A DNA stretch of 64,000 nucleotides from Antechinus flavipes (taxonomy: Eukaryota): assembly GCF_016432865.1 (NCBI RefSeq), contig NC_067400.1:555024001-555088000 (forward strand), read 5' to 3'. The notes under the pieces are model-generated. The model saw only the letters and a list, made by a program, of their open reading frames with translations. It searched no databases and had not been told where the DNA came from. How positions within the stretch are numbered: the stretch's first letter is position 1; each line of letters begins with the position of its first letter. Both the position numbers and the translations under genes were made by a program. Shown piece after piece: positions 12,201 through 25,733 of the stretch.

Positions 12201-15200
12201 TACATATTCTTCCAATTCTTCAAAAAGGGATTTATGTACTCCTATGTATAAATACTCTCCTATACAATAAAAGGAACATTTCCTTGCACCTTTCCTTCTT
12301 ACTCTCACACTCTACCTCTTTCCTTTCCTGATAATTCCTCTTCCCAATATTGCTTTGTTATTTATTTGCTCAATGGAAAACAAACCTCTGAGGGTTATTT
12401 GTCAATTATGCTTTTCAGGTTCTTTTGCTCTTTCAATATGTAGGTAATTGAAAGCCTCTACCTTGCCAAAAGTTTTTTTTTTTTTATCTTTAATATTCTA
12501 TCCATTCAAAGAAGCTTAATCTCTACAACCAAGCCAACCTTCAACAAAAGTTTCTTTCTTTTTAAGTGTTACCAGACCATACCCTTCTTTGATTTGTTTC
12601 TTCCTTTTGATGATACCTCCCATTTGAGGGCTCTGTCATCCATTTATAGATACACTGAATTTTAGCCAAGTAAATTGGAAATTACTAAGTGCCATAGAAA
12701 TTCCTTATCCAGAGGATTTTAAGTTTTTGTCTGATCTCTGATTTCTGAATGGATGATCATATTCCTTTGAAAGGAAACCAAGAGACAGGTGGTGCTGGAT
12801 TCAAACTGAGAGCTGAAAAAGAACTTTTCATTCCCTTTAGTATTCTGTTGAGTAAATAATCATTGACTCTAACTACTCACATATAAATCTAGGTATACCT
12901 AGATAGTCACCCAAAAAACTTTTTTGAACTTCATATAAATTCAATGGAGTGATCAATCCCATCCCTCTTCAGCTAACTAGCTAAATGAATTCATACATAT
13001 ATACTTTCAAAATGAATAAGTGGGATATACATGTGGTAAACTCTGAGTGTGATAATCTATCATTGTAGGACAGAGGAGAAAACAGAGAGCCTTGAGTTGA
13101 GATTTAGCAGATAGGAAGTGTGTATTCCCATGAAACAATTCCTTACAAAACCCTAGTTCAACCTTGTGATTTATATTTCTGTGACTTAATTGTTTGCTTA
13201 GCAGGATGAATTAATGGAAAAGAGCTCTAGACACAGAATAAAAAGATATGATTTTGAATCCTGTCTATGTCCTAGACCAGTTATAGGACTTTGGAATAAA
13301 TGAAGATGATATTTCAATCATTTAACTAACTATAATGCTCTAGAATAGTGCTCTGTCAACCTTAGAGCCCTAAAAAAGTGAGATATTCCACTATAATCTC
13401 TATATTTCATCCTTTATATTCTTCTCAGTGAAGTCACAATATGCTGACTCTCATCCAGGTTCTGGCTGACACATCCAGAAATGTGTCTCAGCAATTTGTC
13501 TACCTGTTTAAATATTTTCTTATGAGTTTTGTCATAGAGAAACTTGTGCATATACAAACATATTTTCACAGTTCCTGGACATTTTCTCGGTAATTCACAG
13601 GCAAAAGTAATCTTCTGGGACAAAAGGAATTGTTGTTGGGGAAAGGAAAGAAGGAAAGAAGAGAGCAAATTTGGATAATAATTCCTTGACATGTACATTT
13701 TTTAGTTATTAACTTTTAACTGGATAATACTAAGTTCAACAGTGTTTCAGAATTTAGTAAAATGTACCTTTGGGGTCAATTTTGTTCTGAACTAACTGGC
13801 TATTTATTTAATTATTATTATTATTATTAGGATCCATTAAACCATCAAATGCAATTTATCATAGCTACTGTTTGCTAGCCACAGAGTGGATGGTTAACAT
13901 TTCATTTTAAAAAGTTAGTTGAATTGAGTTTATTGATCTAGATAAAACACTTGTAATTTTTGCTTATTTGTTCTAGTTCTTAAGGCATCGAAAGGAGAAG
14001 GATGACAAAAGCCAACTAGGTATTTGATTATTCATTACCTTATATCTATCTATCTATCTATCCCAAAGGACAATATTCTGCTCAATGCACTTAATCAATG
14101 TGAAATCTAATTCTCACTGGATTATTGTGGCCTGAAATACCTAGAAAAATAAAAGTATTTTGTAAATAGCCAGTTTTTTTCAGAAGTTCATACCTTTGCT
14201 CACAGAAAGTATGTCTGTTTTTGCCACATTCTAATTTTTTTGACTTACAATTTCTTCTCCTTCCTTCTTTTTTCTTTATACCCTTTTAGCAATAATATTT
14301 GTATGTGTTTGTGACTGAAAATAAAAATAAAATCATGATGTATGTTTTCAGCAACTTCAATTCCTTATCCCTCATTTCCTTGATTCTTATTTCACTGAAT
14401 TCACTTCATATTCCTAAGTGCTTCTTCAGTATCTTCTCCTACTGCATGTTACTCATAATTAGTCTGTATTGTGTTCTTTTTCTGTTATTCTTACCTGCCT
14501 TTCTCTTCTTGATAGGATTCCACTTCTTCCCTGACCAAAGTGCTGGCACTGAGTTCTTATACTGCCATTTTAAATCTCATGGGTCACCTTAAGCCTCCAG
14601 GGAGCCCTGATGATTGCCTAGATCCCTATTAAACAAAATGGGTTGTTTTTTACAGAAATTTCTTTTTCTAGTATATATGAGAGGGGTGGAGGCCAATAGT
14701 CAAACTCATATATGTGCTAATTAATTAAAGGAATTTCAGATACTTCAAAATAATCTCATAGCCTTTATCCATTTATGAAGTCACAATCTTCTCTCACCAG
14801 GGATAACTTCTATTTTCTCACCCAAAAACAAACAAACAAATATATGAATCATTTGGAAAATACTCTTTCCTCTGATGTGTACATATTGCACATTTATATT
14901 GCCTTTCTGTATTTATTCTATTATGTTTTATGTAATATCTGTATAAATCCCAACTAATCAATGGAATTCAACAAAATTCATTAAACATTTATTAAAAACA
15001 TTTTGTTGATACGATGGACAACAGCTAGAAGTGTAATTAGGAAGAGCTGAAGTCTAATTTGCACTTGGGCATTTTCTATTTGAGTAATCTTGTTCAAGTC
15101 ATTTAACCTCTGTTTGCCTTGTTTTTCTCATCTATAAAATGAGGACAATAATAGCAATTACCACCTAGTGCTGTTTTGTGAATTAGATAGGTAACATGTC

Positions 15201-15899
15201 TAAAGTGCTCAGCAAGCCTTTATGTATTATATAAATGCTATTATTTTTCATGCTTTGTCATTGTCATCACCATTATTACCTTTATCTTCATCATCATCAT
15301 TATCATCCTCATGTGTTGAGTAATGTGCAAAGTGCTAAAAATGTATTTCTCGTCAACTAGTGATTGAATTCTAAGGGAAGAAAGAGGATTAATTAAAGAT
15401 GGGGACAATCAGGGAAATTAAGTCAGAAGGAATTCAGCAAACAAAAAGGAAATGAAGAACACTAAGCATAGCTGGAACAAAGTCATAGAGGCTGGGAAAC
15501 GATAGGACATTTTAAAGGTGGCAATTAATTTCAACAAGTATTGTTAAATTCTAATTTTATATAGGACACTGTGTTGAAGGATGGAGGTAGAAAAATATTT
15601 AACATTAAAATTTGCTCCAAAGAACTCCAAAGAAATAGCTATTACACAAAAGTCATATATTAATGATGTGAATAAATCTAGGAAAAAATAATAATATGAT
15701 AAAGAAAAATTAATTTCATGTATAACAAGGTTGGGAGAGAATCTAAGTCTTATAGTAGATTGAAAGCTTTAATAAGTGAAAATTGAAAATGGCAGTCTAA
15801 AATGGCAAATCAATACTATAAAAGGTTAAAATATTTAAAAAGTATGAACTCCAGAATAAGAAACAATTTTGCTGTGTTTGGTCAGAACATGTCTTAAGC

Positions 15900-18170
15900 T
15901 TTCAGTTTTGATTGCCACATTCTGTTTAATTAAAAAAAATCATTTAGCATTCACTTAAAAATGATTTCTAAATTATCAGTCTCCCTAATAAGCCCTCCCT
16001 AACCCATTGAAAAAGCAATAAAAAGAGTAACTGTGCATGCAAAATCATGTAAAATATTTCTGAATTAACTATTGCAAAAAAAAAAAAAGGAAGTGGAAAA
16101 ATATGCTTCAATATGGACTCAGACTCTATCAGTTATTTCTGTGGGAGTGGAAAGAATTTTTCATCATATGTCTTTCAGCACTGTGTTGGATCATTACATT
16201 ACAAAGAATAACCAAGTCATTCACAGTTGATTATCTTATAATATCATTTTTACTATGTACAATATTTTCATGATTTTGATGACTGCACTTTGCATGAGTT
16301 CCTATAAATCTTCAGATTTTTCTGAAAGCATCCTGCTTTAACTTTTTACAGCACAATAGCATTCCATCACAATTATATCCACAATTTGTTCAGTTATTTT
16401 TTAATTGATTTTTAATTAATCACAATTAATTAAGAGGATGGCATCCTCTTAATTTCCATTTCTTTGCCATCACAAAAAGAGCTGTTACAAATATTTTTAT
16501 GCACAAGGGTTCTTTTGCTTTTCCTTTGATCTCTTTAGTATTCAGATTTTAGCAGTGGTACTGCTGACTTAAAATGTATGCGCAGTTTTATAGCCCTTTC
16601 CAATTCTTTATAGTTTTCATAGTTGCAAATTGTTCTCCAAAATGATTGGATTAGTTCACAATTCCATTAATAATATATTAGTGTCCCAATTTTTCCATAT
16701 ACCCATCCAATATTTATCACCTTTTTCTGTCATATTAGCTGATAGGGTAGGTGTGGGATTGTCTTGGCAGAGAGATTTCAAGTGGTTTTAAGTGGAATTT
16801 CTCTTTTTATCTCTTACTCCTGGACTTTGTTAGGATTATGTAGAAATGCTGATCATTTGTGTGTGGGTTTTTTATGTCCTGCAACTTTGTCAAAGTTGTT
16901 AATTGGTTCAACTAGTTTTTTTAAATTGATATTATTCATTATTTTAAGGAAAATTCCATTTGCTTCTGTTTTCTAGTGCTTTTTAATAGGAATTAGTCTT
17001 GTATTTTTTCAAAATGCTTTTCTGCATTACTGAGATAATTATATGATTTTTAAAATTAATTGAATATATATGCTGTTAGTTTTCCTACTATTCAACCATT
17101 TTTGCATTCTTAATATAAATATCACCTAGTCAGAGTATATAATCATCACGATATATTGGTGTAATCTCCTTGATAATATTTTGCTTAAAATTATTGCTTA
17201 GGAAACTTGATCTATAGTTTTCATCCTCTGTTTTCTCTCTTCTGTTTGAGATATTAGCAATATATTTATGTTATAAAAGGAAGTTGGTAGAACTCCTTTG
17301 CCTATGTTTTCAAATAATTTTTGTAGCATTGGAATTACTTGGAATTCACTTGTGAATTCATCTAGTCTTGGAAATTTTTTTCTTAAAACCCAATTTATTA
17401 TTTGTTCAATTTTTCTAAAATATTTTAAGATGTTTAAGCATTCTATTTAGTCTTCTATTAATTTGGAAATTTTATATTTTTGTAAATATTTGTCTATTCC
17501 TTTTAAATTGTCAGATTTATTAGCATACAATTAGGTAAAATAGCTCCTAATCATTAATTTCATCTTCATTAGTAATCCACTCATCTTTTTCACTTTTGAT
17601 ACTAGTAATTTATTTTTCTTTTTTCTTTATAAAATCAAATTAACCAATGATTATTTATTTTTTCATAAAACTAAGTCTTTGCTTTAATTATTATTTTAGT
17701 TTTTACAATTAATTTTATTTTCAGGACTTCCAATTAAATTGGAAGTTAGAATTGATATTTCAGATTTATTGTTTTTCTAGTTTTTTTTTAATTGTATGCC
17801 TTATTTATTAATTTGCTCTTACTCAGTTTTATTAATGTATGTATTTAGAGGTATAAATTTTTCTCTTAAGTACAACTTTGGCAAAATTGCACAAACTTTG
17901 GTATGTTGTTTCATTGTTGTCATTCTCTTTAATGAAATTATTTATTCTATGATTTCCTTTTTGAACCACTCATTCATTGAATAATTTTGTTTCCAATTAA
18001 TTTTTAATCTGTTTCAATGTTCATTTACTGATCATAATTTTATTGCATTATGGTTTGAAAAGGATGTATTTATTTCTGTTTTTCTACATTTGTTTTTAAT
18101 GTTTTTATGCCAGAATACATAGTGAACTTTTGTGAAGGTGTCAGAATCGCTGAGGGAAAAAAAAGGTCTA
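15900..18170 (-). mobile_element. Old, fragmented L1 (3' UTR and ORF2 pieces)
   Basis: Reverse-complement L1 3' UTR and ORF2-derived sequence (e.g. CACAATAGCATTCCATCACA, GCTTTTCTGCATTACTGAGATAATTATATGATTTT); no long ORF. Confidence 0.75.
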
Positions 18171-18286
18171 TGTCTTTCTCTTTCCATTCAATTTTCTCTG
18201 TCTCTCTATCTCTTTTTCTCTGTTTCTGTCTTTGTCTATCTCTGTATCTGTTTAGCCCAGTGCCTGGTACATAACATGTGCTTAAT

Positions 18287-18674
18287 TGTAGAGGGCTGAA
18301 ACTCCAAAAAGGTATGTTTGAATCAGGCAAGGGAGCACTTAAGGCTAATTACCTATTTGATGTGAGACAATGACTCTAGTAGCATATATTTGGATAAATG
18401 GCTCTTCTCATTGTTGATGCTTGCTGAATGTTTGGTGTTAAGATAATCAGAGGCAAGGATTGGGGATGGAGGGAGAGAGGCAAGAGTGCTTGGTGGCAAG
18501 ACAAGGAGGAGAGAGGCTGGTGACTCAGAACTCTAGAATCAAGGAGAGATCTTTGTCAAGCCATGTGGCAGTTTGCCTGCCTCCTTCACTTCTCTCACTA
18601 AAGACCAAGGACTTTGATTTGTCTTGACTCTGGCTGACCCTGAAGCCCTCCAAAGAACTAACCTGTGCTCTACA
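18287..18674 (+). mobile_element. ERV solo LTR inserted in an L2 3' end, 6-bp TSD
   Basis: TGTAGAGGGC...GCTCTACA; TSD CTTAAT at 18281-18286 and 18675-18680. The flanks rejoin as an L2 tail (CCCAGTGCCTGGTACATAACATGTGCTTAATAAC). Confidence 0.92.
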
Positions 18675-19718
18675 CTTAATAACTTTTTTGTTGATTCAGA
18701 CCAACATTATGTTTCAGCAAAACTGTTCTCCAGATGTGATTCCTCTTTCCACTTCCAGGCATTCACAAAAACTATCTCTTCTGTCTAGAACCACTCCATG
18801 ATCATTTTTACCTTTCATAATCCTTATTTCAAGCTACTTTCATAGGTCAGTTAAAGTTCCACCCTACTCTGTAGTATACTAAAGGATATTTTTTTTGCCT
18901 TTCCTCAAATGTTCTTAGAGCATTGTATATGGCTTTCTTCTCTGGTCGCCTTTGTAGAATTGATTTCCAAAAATGTTTTTTCTCTCTCTCATTAGAATGG
19001 AATTCCTTGAGATCATTTATTCTACCTTTTCCCTCCCTAGGTATCCTTGGTATCTAGTCACAATATTTTATACATTATTATATTCTTTATAAATAATGGT
19101 TGATTTGTTGGAATTCATACATGTTACATTTCATATATTTTTCTGATCTGATTGTCTAATCATCTTGAGGGTAGAAACAAAGAAGTGAGATGTTGGGCAT
19201 AACTTTGTTGATGATCACAAGTTGACTTATAGTAATCACCACTTCTTTTTCTAAGTGCTCACAAAGCATACCTTTTAATAATTTATGACATCATCTCCTC
19301 TCCCTCCTCCTTTCCCCCCTTCACTGTTGTTTAATACCAAATCCATTGGCCTATATGTCTAGATCAGAATAAGGATCTAATCTTGTATGAAAATTCACTT
19401 AAGGTTGTTTCTAGGAGCTTTCCCACAAATCCCCCTCACACACATACTAACATGTAAAATGTTAGTAACACTTTTACAAAGGTGCACAGACAAAATTACA
19501 TGTGTATCCAAAAAATCTGATTCTTAGGTTAATTTTTTTTTCAGTTTGATGTAATAAACTGAATTATGATTGGGAGCAATATCCTTGCCAGTCCATATAT
19601 GAACCTCAGAGAAGTATGAAAGTTTAATCTCTTATTTCTGGGAGTAAAATTAGGAATAGTTTTTTTTTTTTTTTTTTTTTTTTTTTCTGCTTGCTAATTA
19701 TAAAACTTTCACCCTTTC

Positions 19719-20093
19719 TATAGAGGGCCAAAACTCTGAAAAGATGTACTTGAATCTAGGTCAGCAAGGTACTTATAGTTAAGCATATACTTAGAACTTA
19801 GTATGATGAGGTAATGGTTCTATGGCTTGTGCTCAGTGTGCTCTAGTGATATAATCATACTGAAGTATTTAAGGGCTGGGAGAACTGGGAACTAATCTCT
19901 CTCTCTTAGCCACAGACACAAAGGACACTCTCAGCCACAGACACAAGAGAAGACGCCAGACTTCAGATTCCAGACTTGGGACTCCAACTTTGACTAGGCT
20001 TGTGGTGGCCCTCCTGCCTCCTTCACTCTTCCACTAAGACCAAGGACTAAGGCTGATTCTGAGGTCTTCCAAAGAGCTAGTCCAGACATTATA
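19719..20093 (+). mobile_element. ERV solo LTR, 5-bp TSD
   Basis: TATAGAGGGCC...GACATTATA (decayed TG...CA); TSD CTTTC at 19714-19718 and 20094-20098. Confidence 0.85.
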
Positions 20094-20292
20094 CTTTCAA
20101 CCCAAAGACTAAAAATATTATCTTCCTTTATCTCTCTTTGATTCCCTGAGATTTCATTATTTATGTCTAGGTGCTTCCTCTTCTTTTACTTGAGAAAATG
20201 AAAAAATGGAGTAACTACCTAAGGGACTATTGATAATTATAACTGGATTTCCTGACCAAATGAGGTTAAATAAGGGAAAGGAAGAAGAAACT

Positions 20293-20617
20293 TGTAAAGG
20301 TCTGAAACTCTTGAGTTAATGGACTGAGGTCGGACAACCAAGCACTTAAGGCTAATTACTGATTGGACAATACTCTGTAAGCATATGCTTGGAAAATGGC
20401 CTTTCCCACTATTCTGTGCTGGCTCAATAATAGGTATATACAGAGAATTGTAGGAGGGAAGGGAATGGAGTAAGACTAACCAGAGTCACTTCTGGGCGGG
20501 AGATAAAGAGGAGAGGTCGTGGAGATTCTGCATCCATCCAATACTCCTACCTCTAAAGATCAAGAATAAAGACCAAGGACTTTTGCTTATCCTGACTCTG
20601 GCTGATTCTAAAGTATC
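20293..20617 (+). mobile_element. ERV LTR truncated at its 3' end
   Basis: TGTAAAGGTCTGAAAC...AATAAAGACCAAGGACTTTTGCTTATCCTGACTCTGGCTGATTCT. It stops roughly 30 bp before the family's ...TACA end and has no right TSD. Confidence 0.85.
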
Positions 20618-21375
20618 CAATCAGAGAATGGTTCTCAACCTCCTACCAAAGCAAAACCCTCTATTTTCAATTCTGACATTCTACTGTGGTGACTAGATGA
20701 TAGTGAAGTATGGAAAACTAAGGATGAGTAGTTTATGGAGGGTAATGGAGATGCAGTCAATATGAGCCAGCCACTATAAAATATTAAGGATGATACATGA
20801 AGTAGAGAGATGAATTCAAGGGATTTTATTATAGGCAAAGAAGATGGGTTGGTCATATACAAGAATGAGAACTCATTACCAGACAGTCTTGAGTGTCAAA
20901 CTATTACCCTCTCAATGTCAACAAAATGAGGAAGTTCTTCAATATACTGAGTGAATCTTCTGTACTAAACTTTTGGAAGAACATAGACAAGAGTCCCATA
21001 AAGTGAATAAGTATAAATGGATTGGGAAAAAAAAAGTTTAAAATCAATGAGATCACAAATTCAATATATATGTGAGTAGTGTCAGCTAGGCAGCATGGTG
21101 AGCCCCAGAATCAGGTACACTTAGTTTAAATTGCCTCCTCTAACAAATACTAATAAGAAATCCTCTGTAAGTCACTCAACTCCTTTTTTTCCCCTTAGGG
21201 TTTCACCTAGTAAATTACCAAATTAAATGTTTATTTTTTTTTTTTTAATTTTAGGAAGACATGTAATAAAACAAAAACTAAAACTTCACTCAGATGCTAC
21301 TACAATTTAAGCAGTTTCTTGTTTTGTTTACAATTAGATTGACAACTATCTATGTGTCTAGAACTATATATCTGC
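20618..21375. repeat. About 760-bp direct duplication of 54274-55080
   Basis: CAATCAGAGAATGGTTCT...CTATGTGTC(T/C)AGAA collinear match between the two loci. Confidence 0.9.
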
Positions 21376-22299
21376 CCTATGCAGATCACATATGAAGCAT
21401 TTCATTCAGTTTTTAAGGCCACACAATTGTTAGATTATTGACAATGATATGAGGAAAACAGAAATTTATATAACACTTTAAATTTTGCAGAATATTCTAA
21501 ACATTTAAAAACAATTCTTTCAGATAGAAATCATAAATATCATTACCTCTATTTCACAGAAGAGGGAACTGGATGGAAGGAAATAAGCTTTTATTAATTA
21601 CCTGCTATGCTGAAGGCACTATGCTTGGCATTTAAAAAATACATTTTGAGATTCATAACAACCCTATGGGTAAGCACTATTATCCCCATTTTGTATTTCA
21701 GGAAACTGAGGTAGGCAGCAATTAAGTGAATTTCCTAGGTCATATGTCTAGGAAGCATCTGAGCATAGAATTGAACTGAGAACTTCTTGACTCTAGGCTC
21801 AGTGCTCAACCCACAGTGGCATCAACTGCCTCTAGCAAGCCAACTTATTCCTGTTTAGAGAGTCTTAGAGATTAAGTATGTTTTTCACACACAAATAATA
21901 TGTAGCAGAGGTTGAACTTAAATCAAGATCTTCCTGACCCTGTCCAGCACTCTATCCACCAGAACAAGCTGGAACACATTGGGAAAAAAATATTGGTGGA
22001 AGGGGAGATGAATATAAGGGATTCTGTAACAAAATTAATTCAAAGGACTTTTTGTGATTAGCTAGATATGACAAAATAGTAAAACACTTAGTAATTACAT
22101 GATCTTTATCTTTAAATATTTAAGGACTCTTATTTAGAAGATGGATTAAATAAATTCTGCTGGGCCTAAAAGATGTGATGAGGATCAATCAACTATAAAT
22201 TAGCTGTTTATTTAAGAGACAATGAGGCATCTTTAATTTAAGAAAGGGAACTTCATATTTTTGTTCTCACTCTCTGCTCCTGCCCACCCTTTCACACAC

Positions 22300-23241
22300 A
22301 TTGTTCCTCCAAAGACACAACACTTCAGGGCTTCTTTGTTTTGAAGCAGACTAAGCACAGCTTGTCAAATCAATTTGGTTTTGAAATTATAGGTTCAGGA
22401 CAAGTGGGAGTAACAGGTAGCTGTAGGCCATTATGACTAAAACAATTCATGGGGAAGTAACATAGATGATGTATAAGTGAAACACTAATTATGAGCACAA
22501 AAATTATGGCAACAGCAACAATGTGAAAAAAAACAAACAAGTACTGAAGGCCTTTTGCTGCTCCTCGGGGGAGGTGATGTTCAGGATGGTGCAAAGGATC
22601 AGGATGAAGGAGAGGAGGTTAAAAAGCAAGTCCATACCAGAGTTGGAGAGGAGAAAATATAAGTCAATCAGACTTCTAAGCCAAGTCTCAGAGTGATAGC
22701 AATAGGGGGTGGAAAGTTCATGTTCTCTGTGGAAGGACAATTCTTTCAAGGTCAAGGCAATTGGAATTATGGAGACTATTTGCTTCATGAAGATCACCAA
22801 ACCAAAAAGCATTATGGTTGAATTAATGAGAAATGCTGCATGCCTTAATGCGTCACAAATGACCATGAAATGATCAAAGGCCATTGTTAAAAGCAGGGAG
22901 GACTCCAGAAAAGAGAAGAGATAGAGGAAGAACATCTGGATGATGCAGGCATTCAAACCGATTTCTTGCAAATTGAACCAGAGTTCACCCAGAACAGTGG
23001 GGAGGGTTGCAATTGTCAAGTCTATGTCAACAGTTGATAACATAGACACAAGGTAGTATATAGGTTTGTGGAGGCTTCGCTCAACAATTATCACAAAAAA
23101 GGACCATGCTATTCTCCAAGGGGTCAATAGCATAGAGACAAGAAAAAGATATGGAAAGACACACATGATTACCTTCTAGCCAAGGGAAAGTAGTGAAGAG
23201 GAAGATTAGGGATAAAAATGTGGATTATTGAGAACCAACAT
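22300..23241 (-). pseudogene. OR51T1: OR51T1-like pseudogene (multiple frameshifts, stops and an ECL2 deletion)
   Basis: ATG at 23241 in a CCTACCATG context with acceptor AG at 23260-23261. Diagnostic SLHKP.YY, SFH..HELS.PYCYH.E, QQKAFSTC and C-terminal KTKLI*QAV segments resemble human OR51T1 as recalled. The frame breaks near the N-terminus, in TM1, in TM6 and in TM7. Confidence 0.8.
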
Positions 23242-25733
23242 GGTAGGCTGAGGTTTCACCTTGAAAGAGGAAAAAAAAAATGTTGAGTCCTCATAATATC
23301 CCACTTGTTACTTATCATGAATCCAAGTGTTCTTCCCTCCATAAAAATCTTCATCTCCAACTAATCCAGCTCACGTATCTTTATTTTCTTCATTCCTGTT
23401 AAACTTATTATCTCTATTGTGTTAACAAAATTCTTAATTATGTACATATTTATACTGCTTTTTGCTATATACTTTCCAATCATATTCAAAAATTTTTAAC
23501 ATTCATTTTTTTAAATGTGGAGTTCTAAATTCCCTCTGATTCTCCTTTTTCCTCCCTCACCCTCTGAGAAAACAAGCAATATCATATCAATGATACCTGT
23601 GAAGTCATGCAAAACATATTTCCATTTTAACCATGTTGCCAAAAACAACACACACAAAAAAAATCACGAATAAGGAAAATGAAAAAAAAGTGTTCCAATC
23701 TACACTTAGTATTTCTAAAAATATTAGATTTTAAAATGAGCTTAGAATTTCATCCATCTTTTTTACATGATCCCTAAGATGACAATCATTCTACCAATTT
23801 CCGTTTAAATACTTCCAGTGTCCAGAGAAGTAATTACTTCCTAAGGCAATCTATTCCATTTTTAAAATAACTCTATTCTTTGAAGGTCTAAGAAGATCTT
23901 TAACTTACATTGATTTCCATTTTCCAAACATAGAGAAGAATCATTTTTTCTACATGTTAATTCTTTAAATGTTTCAGGCAATGATAATATCTTCCCTAGA
24001 CCTTTTCTACTCCAGAATGAAAATATTCCATTACTTCATTTATTTCTCATAGTTTCTGGTTTTTTTTTTTTATTTTTCACTGTATTTACCAGTTAATAAA
24101 ACAATGTAACTCTCTTGCATACAAAAAGTTCTTTATAACAGTAGAATAAAACTCAATTTTACAAACAAAAATGGAATGTCACTAAGTACTTTGCAATTCA
24201 GTCAAAAATTTGATTTTAAAATGGTAAACAGGTTTTAAATCTCAGCTTTCTCTGCTTTGAACACATACCAGGTTAAAACAGGAATATAATCAACTTCTCT
24301 GTAACTTACTAAATTTCAATCTGTCACTCAACTCATTGCTGTATATTAAATTTGTTAATTTCAAACTCTATAGTGAGATAGGAATATGTTGGATAATTTA
24401 TTTCTTAATGATACATTTCAATCTCTTCTCACTAATAATTCTCTATCCATGAATTATAGAACACATCTTTTCTAGTAGTAACCAGCCTTATTTAGCCATA
24501 TTCAAAAATATATTAAAATTACTATACAAAGAACTATTAAGAAATGAAAGTAATAATAAAAATATGCATATACATATATAATTATAATCATATAATCAAT
24601 GAATTCAACAAATTCCTCTCAAACTCTCTAAAGTCTATTAAGCATTTAAAAAAAAAACATTTCTCTTCAGGATTATGCCTTTCTCTTTGCCCTTTTAAAA
24701 TAAACATAATCGTCACTCTTTCTTCAAATGTGCTATACTCTTAGCTCCTCACATTTCTTCATAACACTTTATAATAATTTTTATAGAATATTCTCATAAA
24801 ATATCACTGATGATAGTTTTCATAAGAATCATTAATCGCTTTATGTCACTATTATAATAATTAATTATTATTATTATTTTCATTATTAATGTAGTGAATA
24901 TCTCCCAAAATAACATTTCCATATGCAAAGTTGAACAGTAAAGGTGAATTATGAAAAAGCAAATCTCTATCAAAATCAGTTTGCTTTCATTAAGATAAAT
25001 AATAGGTTGAACACATTACTTTCAAAGCTGTAATGCCGCTTTCTTGGTAATCTATCAGTGAAATAAAACATGAGGTTTTATTTAGTTACAAATTATGTAT
25101 CTTGTTCTATGTTGCTAATCCTTCTCCAATTACTTGCGAGAGGTAGCTGTACTTATTTACCATCATACTATAAGTGAGTTTCAACTATGGATACAGTTTT
25201 TTCCTTAGCCTTTCCTAAATCATTATCTTCCAGTCTGAAAATTATAGGTATCTCTTTGCCTAATGCAGGAAATTCAATGTTGATTTTATGTAAGACCATA
25301 CTCTGAGGGGTGACTATGTGTCAAGAAATCTCTGGTTATATAGGAAGATATGTCTTGGATCATCTGACCTTCTTGTCAAATGTATATTCACTCACATATA
25401 CTTTCATGGATAAGGGGGAACACATACATATATGCATGCATATATACATATACAGCACACATATGTGGAAATATATGAATTGAAAGAAAAATAATTCTGT
25501 GTGTACAGAGCTACTTTCCCACATAATCAGAAGAATTAGGGATAATTTCCTGATGAAACATACCATGTTCAGATTTGAAAGACAAGAAGGATATGATTTT
25601 CTTGTTACATGTGTGAAGGACATTCTTTTTTCATATCTACATCCCTTCTTATAACATTTTTTGAGAGGACAGATCTCTAGTAGAATTAATTCTCTAAAGT
25701 TGTTGAGTTGATAGAACATGAAATATGAGGCTC

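Larger units (their letters stand above)
9330..14820. repeat. Segmental duplication module C (upstream region of the OR at 8184-9134)
   Basis: Direct, more diverged match (roughly 75-80% by eye) to 55-5680, and inverted match to about 38000-44720. Confidence 0.85.
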
